From NCBI GenBank assembly GCA_000004985.1, contig GG738929.1: a DNA stretch of 64,000 nt; one strand, written 5' to 3'. The DNA comes from Naegleria gruberi (Eukaryota). The translations under genes were made by a program, and so were the position numbers. Below, piece by piece: positions 36,901 to 46,705 of this stretch. Under the pieces are notes generated by a model, which ran no database searches, was not told the origin of the DNA, and was given only the letters and a program-made list of their open reading frames with translations. The first letter of the stretch is position 1; each line of letters opens with the position of its first letter.

Positions 36901-37483
36901 TCTGAACAAACCAATTAACTATAAGAAAGCTCTTAGATATGCTTGTGAAATAGCACTTGGTATGAAATATATTCAATCTTGTAATATCATGCATAGAGAT
37001 TTAGACAAGTCAAACATTATGATTGACAAATTTGATCATATCAAAATTATTGATCTAGGTGTAGCAAAAGAAATGGTTGATAATGCACACACAGCAAATC
37101 AAGGAAAATATAAAACAATGGCACCAGAAGTAAAACGCTCTGGATCTGACTTTGCAATTTATGATTTTAGATGTGACGTTTATTCCTTCGGAATAGTGGT
37201 TAAAGAATTGCTTGATGGTTATGACAGTAGTGAAATTTCATTATTATTAGAGAGATGTTTGGAGAAAGATTTTAAGAATAGAATTGGTGATTGGAATGAA
37301 ATAATATTTACTTTATATAAGAGTTATGAGATGTATGAATTAGATGTGGAACCAACTGAATATTCTAACCAATTGAAAATTGAGGTACAGGAAGTTCAAG
37401 AAGAATCACAAATTGATATTGAGGTATTGAAAAAGGAATTGAAAGATAAGAAAATCATACCAAAAAATTGCATTGTGCAATAA
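33989..37483 (+). CDS. Multidomain protein: C4-type zinc finger, dynamin-superfamily-like GTPase, coiled coil, hydrophobic hairpin (about 38 aa), Ser/Thr protein kinase
   Basis: The likely true start is ATG at 33989 (MNKSSSKKMEQ...); the 29 codons upstream in the track ORF are low-complexity. Zinc-finger-like motif: CPHCKSFFCENCHSLC. GTPase: P-loop VVGITNSGKTTLMNAILGMNLLPSKEGRCT (dynamin/mitofusin-like G1 and switch I), G3 DTPG, G4 NKCN. Hydrophobic hairpin: WAYIISITIFAIPISIILLGIAVLLVPVLMPIMFPYVMV. Kinase: GHGAFGKTY glycine loop, AIK lysine, HRDLDKSN catalytic loop, DLG, APE, DVYSFG. Single uninterrupted ORF of 1164 aa. Confidence 0.75.
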   Translation: MNKSSSKKMEQATSSEPTANKQFRAYVTQQISSIPTASPTCANFAEQQDVEEDHDYHTNVNIYCPHCKSFFCENCHSLCVYSSLESNSKIPMSKKKTVQAEHLKHQWNINEDYQQNIQQDVMQLFIVTNNLVSMIQRWTNDTTNVNLQDIIDQYELFKTATSKHIITPYFNRTFLEPLTPICEKISIFHKAQEQVNKFSEMFKKYNNKALDIMDSFTLASTEMRSFCKSYLKISNDKMEEYLSLANTAEKLKWNAINSKNPMKCCVVGITNSGKTTLMNAILGMNLLPSKEGRCTIANTELRYADYDKRKIEIKEEHGTFNTLSQFTSEYLMQHESIPEEVVSTFGVSEKTKSEQKKDRESQKTIRVHWDSLLLKTGIAFSDTPGYDDIYEEEVLFNTYKRQSKKKALPKNVMVNPQTLEFIQESELVILVVDINHTYTSKDAVLNLLDIDELKGKQIMVVMNKCNMFGSIGKREDRGWESFIHYCEEYENTKTASSPPLLLQFYKMVNNTHEKARTTFEACLLNHIDMMSTKGISVNQIYPLSAMESLCCKVEGTELDLPFTLFEKALFNIMEDITKKRMSNFASVAHFSVNTFLRSTLLCKNWHVKMYQMQLEKKKQLEDISSLVEKFRERIQQIIQDLRQDIIEVFERTSSQSSSKKIEEAMHIIHTKVSVEFKEFLKERIAQDPKLSVSDWAYIISITIFAIPISIILLGIAVLLVPVLMPIMFPYVMVKTILDMVTDLKKKKKSNIIDELVYKSERIQVSEEESDSAENDTDDVPEVLSTTLLALDSQNLDVNQVIQKIMQSYPDMFCLEIEKHLISKVENEYNDKLKTFNFVLCKDGKELAFFNAWKEFQKDQNGCEQLYNYYCKTSSLFFDINTKFSLSNLKSFEFCGHGAFGKTYRLNNITAIKYISTIKLAEHILDRELFYNSQLSHAHIVKSMLIKKEETENALNGYIYQEYLPQTLSQWALNKPINYKKALRYACEIALGMKYIQSCNIMHRDLDKSNIMIDKFDHIKIIDLGVAKEMVDNAHTANQGKYKTMAPEVKRSGSDFAIYDFRCDVYSFGIVVKELLDGYDSSEISLLLERCLEKDFKNRIGDWNEIIFTLYKSYEMYELDVEPTEYSNQLKIEVQEVQEESQIDIEVLKKELKDKKIIPKNCIVQ

Positions 37484-40400
37484 TTATAAAAATTGTTCCA
37501 ACGAATTGTTTATTACAAAAAAAATGAAAGAAATCATAACCATTGTCCATTCATATTGGCTATTTGACTCTTTCATGCTTCTATCAAGCCATTATCACCA
37601 ACAAATCCCTTTTCTTTAGATCCAGCCACTGGAATGAATTGATTAGTTTTTGGGTGATCCTTCTAATTCGAATATTATTTGTTGTAAGGTTGCTTTAAAA
37701 CTATTCGCTCCTCAGTTTCATGATTCCATCATGTTGGGGAATGTCATGTCTTTGCTAAATTCAAATCATCTGGAAATACTTCAACATTTGACTCAAGTTT
37801 GTATTGTTATAACAATACAGATTGTGAAAATGTTGTGGTGGTGTTGAACTTTCCTATCCAAATAGTGGTCCATCGTATGTTAAATATACCAACCAGACAT
37901 GTCTTCCACAATGTTCCAAAGCTATAAACGTGTCCAAAGTGTTCTCAGAAAAAAGATGCTACCTTCTGTACTTGTACCAGATTGTTTAATCAATGATGAT
38001 TGTATTGAAAGTGGTTCATCATAGGGTAGAAGTGAATGTATCAATCAAGTTTGTTCTGTTAAAACTTGTGCATCCAATAGTGATCGTTACAGCTGATTGT
38101 TGAACAAATTCTTCATTTTCTGAATAAATCAATTGATTTCCATATTCTCCCAAGTGGATATCAGTGTATAATATTTTTGTGGATGTTCTAGAAATATGTT
38201 ATCACATCCTAACAAGATCAAGAAGTCAGATAATGATGGAGGATATGAGGAAGTGTTTAATCTTAAGCTTGGAGAGTGATGTGTCTTATAGTTTGATTTC
38301 AATTTTTAAAACTGTATTTCTTCAGTGAACATACACTGAATTTGACCAACAGCAAGTGGAATCAATTAAATAATTTCGTTCATCAGAGTCATGTATTTAG
38401 GATGATATTTGTCATATCTGTCCACAAAGAATTTGGTAACATTTTCATTGGAAAATGAGGCAGCAATTGGAGAGTTACATGAAAGAATTTCAATTCACCT
38501 CTCTTTGTGATAGATTCTAAATTTTGAACCTTTTCAATATAAATATCCATCAAGAGAGCTAGCAAAATACAGAATGCCATGATATTGAGAATGAGAATAG
38601 TCACAACTAGACATTTAGTGTTGGACATAGAAACTGAACCACAACATGTATTCACCTCAATACCTCCAATTCCATCTCGCATTGGAACGCTTTATAATAG
38701 GTTATTGTTGCTGCGGGATTCGAAGAATGAGTAGGTGAAAAGGATGATGCTTTGGAAATTCTTGTTAATATCCATAAAAAGGAGGATTATAACTCTGGCT
38801 TATTCGAACTGAAGTTGAGAAAGGATACTCAAACCAATGACGAAGCAAAACATTGGCTTGTTTGATTCTCATTTGTTGTGTTGTTTGATGGTCTTGCCAG
38901 TTGTTAGTTCATTGGTGGCCTCGTTCAATAGAGAAAAGCAAGAACGTTGGCAAATTGGAAGAGCTAAAGTAATTGTCTGAATGATACAATGGCAGATCTA
39001 AAACTTAAGGAACTTTTCAAAAAGTTTAGTATAGAGAACTTCCTCATCTATATGCAGAATATATGCAATATTGTATTGGAAAGAGAATGACATTTCACCA
39101 ACTCCACTTAAAATGATATCTCCTGAGTGTACTGCTTGATGTTGAAATGAAGCTTAGTGTAATTCAGGTGGTTGAGCATATCACAGAGACAAAATAAATC
39201 TTAATCTTACAACAATACTAGTAACTGGTTTGTGTTAAATGTTGGTATAAAGGTAGAATTAATTGTTTTTAGGATTGATTGGAGATATTTCACTTTGACT
39301 GGTAGATTTTGGAATGAGATAATCTTGTTTGTACAGTAATGTTTACGTGGTGCTGTTTTAATATCTTCATCATAGTAACAAAAACATTTACCAGTAGCTA
39401 AATTTGAAGGTTCCAACATTTTGGAACAATTATGTTTCAAGCTAACATCATTATTGGATTTGTGCCATAATTGTAGGTTGAAACTTTTCCCAAACTACTC
39501 TTGATGGTTGGTGGAGTAATTTAATAACAATATCAACAACAACCTTGAAACAACAATCCAATAACAATTATTACGATTTTCACGAATAGATTCAAAAATG
39601 TTTAAACCTAGAGTGTCGAGTAATCACATATGGACTCTTACCGGTGAACTCTCATCATAATCTTCTTACAATAAATGTAAGGTTTGGTGATGTTGTGAAT
39701 GATGTTTCGTAGTTGTGTTGATGTGGTTGATGTAGTTGGTCTCATCATATTTTTGAATAAGAGGTTGCTGGTATTTTTTTTTAAAATAATAAAATAAATA
39801 ATTAAAATTGAACTAAAGAACTTTCAAATCCATTGATTCAGAGGAACACCAAGGGGAGAGTGAAGTAATATTGAGTGTAATTTTCTAATCAACCACCTTC
39901 TGGTTATTATATTTAAGAAATGCTGTTTGTTGCAATTCTTTGGTCTGCACCGATTTCTTCGTACGTTCAATACAGTTCCTAATTTATAAATTCCTAATTT
40001 ATTTAATTCCTTAAAAATAATTTGCGAATGTATCCAATAAAATATAAGTTTTCGTAATTGTATCGAAAGTTGCATTGTGCTATATCCTGGAGCAAGGACT
40101 TTAAATTCATTTGCTTATCTCTATGATGCAAAGTATTTTTAACAAAAAATGTATTACAACGAAGGTTTATTTTCTGACACAACGAAATCATGATTTCAAC
40201 CTCTTGATTTTTGCAGGTGTCCTTATTACATAAATTAACACGATTTGAGAATAGGTATTTTTCTATTTTTACTCATATCTCAAGAACGAAAGTTAGCCAT
40301 TCACTTCTCACCTCATGATGACATTAACAAGGGAAGGTTTTAAAGGTTTCGTATTTTCAAATGTTGGAGTTTATGTAATTTTAGAGGATTTGAGGATAAC

Positions 40401-41112
40401 TACTTCACAAAATCGAATAATTACAAGATGATTAACATATCAACGAGTGTTATAATGTGTTCCAATCGATAAATATTTTAAAAACATTGTCTTCGGCTCT
40501 GAGAGTACCCATTAGCTTAAATTATATATAACAAGAAGCACTCTCTTAAATTTTAATCAATATTAATAAAATTCATGTGTTGTTAGAACTGTTACTGATT
40601 GTGTGAATCATAATGTTGTGTATTTATTTTAAAAACATATATCAACTTGGAACCGTTCAGTGAAATCTCAACATTTACGCCTGGCCAATACCAACTTTCC
40701 GCCCTGGGAACACCTCAACAGTGTTAGTCTTGTTATTAATTGTGAATCCTTTTGTTAGCAAAATATCGTTCTCTTTTTTCAATTCTTCTGCAAATAGAGT
40801 TATTTCTTTCTCTTCTCCCTCCCATATTGCTAATGGTGTTGTTATCTTTCTTAACTGACCACTCCCAAAAAAATTTACTATTAATAACTGTCATAACCAG
40901 ATTGTTAAATTTGTTTTTGAAGCAGCATCTAAATTAAGACAAATAATAAAATCAGAAATGTCATTTACAAATTTTGAACAATGACAACATTCTTTAGACT
41001 TGGCATTTGATTCTCATGCTCAATCATCCATATTTGGTGGACTTATCACCAATATCCTCCCTTACATCTATCTCACAATGTTTATGTTTCTTACAATAAT
41101 GTTATTACATAG

Positions 41113-43141
41113 TTGTATACATGGCTGGTTCAGTTAAAATCCCAACTAATCCCCTCGCAACAATTTTCCTTTTACGAAAAAGGAACAATGCTGATTCCTC
41201 ACGAAAAGAAAGAAGTTGCACTCAACCTTATTCAAGATTTTCTCCAATCTCGAAAATTCGTTCGAATCAAACTGGTAGCTCAATTTATAGGAAAGCTGGA
41301 ATTCGCCTCTTTAGCAGAACAATACATAATGCCTCTGTTAAACAGATTACGAGTTTCAGTAGTAGGATGGTCAGTCTTTATGCTCATCAACAGAGGCCCC
41401 ATGACGGACCTAATAAGATTAAAGTCCATCATTTCAAACTCAAAAGGTTCTCTCCTAGATCTAAATCAACCTTTCCCAATTATAATCAATTCAGATGCTT
41501 CTCCTCAAGGATAAGGTGTCCACTCCTCAAACACTGTTATTATAGGAAGATTTCACACCCACGATCATATCAATTCGAAAGAAATGATGGCAATTCTTCA
41601 ATTCTTCATCGAAGCAAAATCACAAAAGCTCTTCCCAAGAGGAACCTATTTCGAGATAAGGTGGACAATTCAACTGCCTTCTCATACATAAGAAAAGGAT
41701 ATGGAACTTTCGAACACCTCGCTCAAATAGCAAGAAAAATTTGGAAAATTCTAATAGAATGTTGCTGGAGAATTGCAAAAGTAATTTACATTCCCTCAGA
41801 GAAAAATTCAATTGCAAACAAATTAAGCCTTTTAAGCGATTGGAAATCATCACCAGAATTGATAAATATGGTAGAAAAAGAATTCGGAAACCACACCATA
41901 GACAGATTTGCAACATCAGAGTCAGCAACAACGATCCATTTCAACTCTTTGTTAGAAAACGATGCGTTTCAAGAACTTTGGGAACAAAACTCAATCAATT
42001 ATTGTGTTCCTCCAATAGGTCTAATCCCACAAGCTCTATTTCACTTGATCCGATCAAAGGCCATAGGAACATTCGTAGTTCCTTATTGGCCAACAGCTTA
42101 CTGGTTCCCGATCTTGCTAAAGATATCTTTAGAACAGATACGTGTTCCGCTCCAATGGCTTATAACAGAGCATTACAACGAACTGCACAAACAATCAGAC
42201 AATATTTCGTTCATGGCGGTCAAAGTGAATGGAATGCTCAACTTTCAATGAGATGTCAGGCTTTATCTACTGCTCTTGCAGAATCGACAAAGTATTCAGA
42301 ATTTTCTTATTTCTGTCTACTCCATAATTTAGACAAATCAGATGTTAGAGCCCCAGAATTATTCGCTTGCTATCTTGCGGTTCACAAGAAGCTCTACAGA
42401 TTGAATAGTTTGAAACCTACGTTGGATTTCTATTCAAATTTGGAAGGATGGTCCGTAAATTATTCTAATCAATTCTTTAGAATCAAACAAGGTTTGAATA
42501 AGTTTTATTCACGAGCCGATATTGTTAAACATAAGAGAAGTGGAATCTCTGCTCTCAATGTCAAGCAATTCATTGATAGGATCTCTATTAAAGACCCTTA
42601 TCTTCACATGTTGTCTTGTGCCATACTTTCCGTTGGCATTAGATTATTAGCAAGACCTGGTCAACTGGCTAATTTATCATGGTCTTGTGTTAAACTTGAT
42701 ACTCCTTTTATCGGTTGGGTTACTTTTGATCTTTCTGGTCACAAAACAGACCAATTATCTGACATGAAGAAACTCCTATTGAACCATAAAGAGGAAATAA
42801 GAAATACTGTCCAGTTTATAACCTTAGAAGATATGGATTATGTTAAACATATTAAGGAAGACGATTCTCCATTATTTTCGTTACTGTTTGATGAATATTT
42901 CACTCCTACTCAAATTTCTAATATTATTTCAAGCCCCATGAGCTCTATTGGTGTTCAAAACACTTCAGGCCATAGCCTTCGTATAAGTGCAGCTACTAAG
43001 CTGGCTTCTAAGGGTGTGTCTCAATCTATGATTGAGACAGCTGGTAATTGGGTGCCTAATTCAAAAATTAGATTGAGATATCAACGTAGAATTGGCCTAG
43101 CTACTCATGGTTTAACTACTTCTATTATGAGAACTGATTAA
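41113..43141 (+). mobile_element. Remnant (3' half) of a DIRS-like tyrosine-recombinase retrotransposon: RNase H and YR domains spread over three reading frames, so a pseudogene
   Basis: In frame 1 the ORF ends ...IIINSDASPQG (RNase H DAS motif). In frame 3 it continues ...VDNSTAFSYIRKG...IPSEKNSIANKLS (RNase H TDN / IPGxxNxxAD.LS motifs). In frame 2 there is a C-terminal tyrosine recombinase: GIRLLARPGQLANLS (Arg box), GHKTD (Lys), HSLRISAATKLASKG (H-x-x-R), GNW, RLRY (nucleophile Tyr). At least two frameshifts separate these pieces, and no RT or gag ORF is detectable upstream. Confidence 0.6.
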
Positions 43142-43222
43142 ATATATACTTTTATTATTTTCTAGGGACTAATCCATTTGTCTTAATTTAATATTTTATT
43201 ATTTTGTGGTTTTAAAAACATT

Positions 43223-43875
43223 TATATATTGCGTAACCGCTCCAAGTAATTTTTACACACAATGAATTTTTTATAGATTTTGAGCAAATAAAGTCTTGAA
43301 AATAGTTGATAAGGTAGAAAACTTCTATCACCCTGTGTGTTAAGGCAACGTAGTATTTTACTGTCATATACCTAGGATTCTCCAAAAATCCAATACTTAT
43401 TTATTTTTAATACAGGGCATAATATGACAGTAAAACAACCATATTCGAGAGTAGTTGTGATAAGAACTCTTTCATGAATAAAAAAGTACCTGTAAAAAAT
43501 TGTAAAGTCCTGTAAAATAATTACAATTGGTGGTTTTTCACAAGTAAAAAAATGCCTTAACACCTACACCAGCACTAAGGTTTTAATAAATTCCAACTTG
43601 TAAATTTTTTCCAAGTCCAAATTGTGTTTCATACGACTAAGCGCATGTCTTGTCCACATTGACAAGCACAATTCAACAACAATAAACAATAAATTATTTA
43701 TTTATTAATTATTAGTAATTATTATTATCAGGTGATAACAATCTAGGCAGGCAGGAAGGTTTGATTGATGGCCTTATCAACAACTGTAACGACTGCCGTA
43801 ATAAAATGGTGAATAAGTAAATTCCAAAAACGATCAATGAATGTAAAAATCACTGGACCGGTTACGCAATATATA
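43223..43875. repeat. Nested inverted repeats forming a roughly 650-bp foldback module 3' of the YR element
   Basis: Outer inverted repeat: tatatattgcgtaaccg (43223-43239) against cggttacgcaatatata (43859-43875), 17/17 and extendable to about 30 nt imperfectly. Middle: gtgttaaggc (about 43337-43346) against gccttaacac (43554-43563). Inner: ttttactgtcatat (43356-43369) against atatgacagtaaaa (43422-43435). Confidence 0.7.
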
Positions 43876-43901
43876 CATCCGAAAAGGGGTCAAACTAAAT
43901 C

Positions 43902-43951
43902 NNNNNNNNNNNNNNNNNNNNNNNNNNNNNNNNNNNNNNNNNNNNNNNNNN
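43902..43951. other. Assembly gap (50 N)
   Basis: Run of n characters. Confidence 0.99.
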
Positions 43952-44009
43952 ACAAAGCAGAAGTTTGCCGATTCGTTCATAAGATTTAATTGAAAGACTT
44001 CATGTTAAT

Positions 44010-45029
44010 TTATCGATCTTTATGCTTTTCAAGATAGGCATTGGAAATTGCTTTGAAACTAAATTTACCATCCAATCTCTTGAATACTAAACCTTCTCTT
44101 TTGACATTCTTGTTCAAAGATGGCCCATCAGCCATTGCCAAAATCTGCTCTGCTGTATGATTCAATTCCAAATCATCCAAAATTGGGACATGTTTGACAG
44201 TGAATCCGTTATCATTCAATTGCTTCACCAATGATTGTCGTTCAATTGGTGTCAAATACTGAGCCTTATCAATATCATAAATATCAAACAAGTAAAAATC
44301 TTGACCTTTCAATTTTTCCAAATTTCCTTGAATTGATTCTCCAATAATTTCACCTTGTAGGGCCAAATTTCTATTTAAAAATTGTAATCCTTCAATCATT
44401 TTGTTTCTCCTAGCAGCATGCCATTGTGCATTAGTTGCAGTTTCTCTCAATTCCCAATTTCTTCCACATACACCAATATGGTCATCTTTCCTATATACAG
44501 TCATTGATGAGCCATCCAATTTCACAGTCACTTCAAATTTTTGACCCTTATTTTCTTCAATTTGTGGAATTAAGTTTTGTACACGTTCCTGATCTGTCTT
44601 ACTAATAAAAGTTGGAAATTCACCCAAAATTTCACCAGAAAGATTAGTGGAAATTGGTGGTTCCCACTTTGTAATTCCTAGAATTTCTGTAACATCATCA
44701 CCCACTTGATTGGAAGCCAATTCTGGGAATCTATCCATTGGCAAGAACAACCCTTGGCTCAATTGACCTCTCAACCTAGCAGTACGAAGACGAGTACCTC
44801 TTTGACCTTCATAATCAATAACTTGTTTTGAAAGCATTGGATACCTATCATTATCTTCCTTTATAAAACTATCAATTTCAAAATAGACTCCCCTATCACC
44901 TTGTTTAAATTCTCCCTTCTTGATCACACAAGTCCAACCATCAACATGGCAACATTCAATAGCTTCTGCACCTGCAATAGGAGTAATTTCTCCTGCAGTA
45001 CGAATAGTAGCAAGTTTACGTACACCCAT
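44010..45029 (-). CDS. ATP-dependent RNA ligase, Rnl5 / DraRnl-like family (339 aa); probable orthologue of Naegleria gruberi NgrRnl
   Basis: ATG at 45029-45027; the track start at 45053 is a TTG. Covalent nucleotidyltransferase motif I KLDGSS, with Lys at residue 170 counted from the ATG. Motif IV/V-like EGLVFKR. A distinct N-terminal domain precedes the NTase domain. Length and active-site lysine position match what I recall for NgrRnl (339 aa, K170). Intronless. Confidence 0.8.
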   Translation of the reverse strand: MGVRKLATIRTAGEITPIAGAEAIECCHVDGWTCVIKKGEFKQGDRGVYFEIDSFIKEDNDRYPMLSKQVIDYEGQRGTRLRTARLRGQLSQGLFLPMDRFPELASNQVGDDVTEILGITKWEPPISTNLSGEILGEFPTFISKTDQERVQNLIPQIEENKGQKFEVTVKLDGSSMTVYRKDDHIGVCGRNWELRETATNAQWHAARRNKMIEGLQFLNRNLALQGEIIGESIQGNLEKLKGQDFYLFDIYDIDKAQYLTPIERQSLVKQLNDNGFTVKHVPILDDLELNHTAEQILAMADGPSLNKNVKREGLVFKRLDGKFSFKAISNAYLEKHKDR

Positions 45030-45288
45030 AGTGTTATTATTATTATTTAACAATTATTAAAATAAATAATATTATTGGATAATATTATCTCCGGTCTCTT
45101 AGAGTTTTTAAAAGCAAATTGAAAATAAATTCCTTCTTGCTGATGGATTTTTTTTTAAGTTTGAAAATAAAAATGTTCCAAGTTCTCCTGAAATCAGTTA
45201 AATTGAATTTGTGTTTCTCCTTGAAATTGCACTGTAGCTCTAAGAGAGCATATATTACAATGTTAATGTGAGTTCATCAATATATTCT

Positions 45289-46668
45289 TTATTCTTTCTT
45301 TGATTCATCGAAACGAATTTGTGAAATAGTGCACTCGTAGGTATCCTTATTGATTTGGGATTTTGTTGAGGTTTCATAGGAGAGAAACCAAAAGTTTCTT
45401 CCAAAAGTTGTTGTAAGGTTGACGATTCTTGTGAGTGTGGTATCTTCTTTTTGATAGCTAATTTCAAATTCATAAAATAATCTGGATCCAGAAATATTGG
45501 TTGTTGAAACAGTTAGTGATGGATTGAATCTTTCACGTTTCTTGACAGGACTAATAATCATGACATTCTTAAGTGTGGAAGTGAGATGATTTAAATGTTG
45601 ATTTGAAAGATCTTCTAATGATTTGAATTGATCATTGGTAATTTGTTCCACAATAATTTGATCAATAGCTGATTTTTTGATATGAACTGGAGAATAGAGA
45701 TAGCTCAATTCAGAATAGTCCTTTTCCTGATAGACCCAACCAAATGGGTGTCTCAACCACAGAGAATCAGCAATGTCACAGTATAGAGAGGTGAATAGAG
45801 TGGATTCTTTTGGAGGCATTGATTTGAAAACACATTCTTCCAATGATGACTCATAAGGACTAGCACAATTAGACAAGTAAGAATAGGTCAGTATGGAATT
45901 GTGTCCAATTAAAATTGCATACATCTTTCCAGTAACAGCCACCTTTAGCTCCTTTCCCTTATTCTTCAAAGTAATAAATCCTGTAAATCCATTCAACATT
46001 TCAAATGACTTGGAATTATTGTTAATTGTCTTCCATGAAGACCCCTTCTTGAACTTTGTCATGGTTGATTCCAAATGAGTTTCGCATGCTTCCCTCACAT
46101 CAGTTGCCTCCGTTCCAGAGTAGGTTATGAGCTCCACTCTAATTCTATCAACAAATGCTGGATTTTCCAAGAAAGTTTCCAAAGGAGTAACAATATCCAA
46201 CAAGTGATCTTCCAATTTAAACTCAGTCCAACGATCCTTATTACTTAATTGTCTTGGAGATGCATTCTTTGATAGTGTCTTATCTACTTCAATTCCAATC
46301 TCAGTTCTTGACATTGGATATTTAATAATTCCTAACAGCCATGAATTTCTAGTACATTTAAAGAATACTTCTCTATCTTTAAATGAGCTAGGAATGGAAG
46401 TTTTTTGAATGTTTGGTCTAGGATAACATTTCAATGTACAAGAAATGAGTAAAAATCCTTTTTCTATATTTTGTAAAGGCAATTCCATAATTTCTCCATT
46501 GAAATTTGAAATTTCACTCAATTTGAGAATATAATCACCTTCAAAGTCATCGGAAATCATATCTTTATCCATTACTCTAAAATTAATACCTTCATTTGAA
46601 TTTTCAATTAGTGGAATTTGTATTGTTTCATTCCAAATTGGATCAAGAGTTTTTGGTTTGACTTTTGA
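45289..46668 (-). CDS. C2-domain protein, exon 2 (459 codons plus stop)
   Basis: This is the frame of track ORF 45289-46572, extended upstream to the acceptor at 46668 with no stop. It carries the second half of the C2 domain followed by a roughly 400-aa region with no recognised domain. Confidence 0.6.
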   Translation of the reverse strand, partial: SKVKPKTLDPIWNETIQIPLIENSNEGINFRVMDKDMISDDFEGDYILKLSEISNFNGEIMELPLQNIEKGFLLISCTLKCYPRPNIQKTSIPSSFKDREVFFKCTRNSWLLGIIKYPMSRTEIGIEVDKTLSKNASPRQLSNKDRWTEFKLEDHLLDIVTPLETFLENPAFVDRIRVELITYSGTEATDVREACETHLESTMTKFKKGSSWKTINNNSKSFEMLNGFTGFITLKNKGKELKVAVTGKMYAILIGHNSILTYSYLSNCASPYESSLEECVFKSMPPKESTLFTSLYCDIADSLWLRHPFGWVYQEKDYSELSYLYSPVHIKKSAIDQIIVEQITNDQFKSLEDLSNQHLNHLTSTLKNVMIISPVKKRERFNPSLTVSTTNISGSRLFYEFEISYQKEDTTLTRIVNLTTTFGRNFWFLSYETSTKSQINKDTYECTISQIRFDESKKE

Positions 46669-46705
46669 CTTGTGGGAAAAACCAGGATATGTTGTTAAAA
46701 CATAC
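46669..46705 (-). other. Spliceosomal intron (37 nt) in the C2-domain gene
   Basis: gtatgttttaacaacatatcctggtttttcccacaag. GTATGT donor and CAG-type acceptor. Removing it eliminates the in-frame TGA and fuses the two ORFs in frame, restoring the C2 fold. Confidence 0.6.

Noticed and set aside
44010-45053. Track start codon for the RNA ligase (MLNNNNNTMG...)
   Set aside because: The first codon at 45053-45051 is TTG. The track evidently allows bacterial alternative starts. The eukaryotic start is the ATG at 45029-45027, giving 339 aa.
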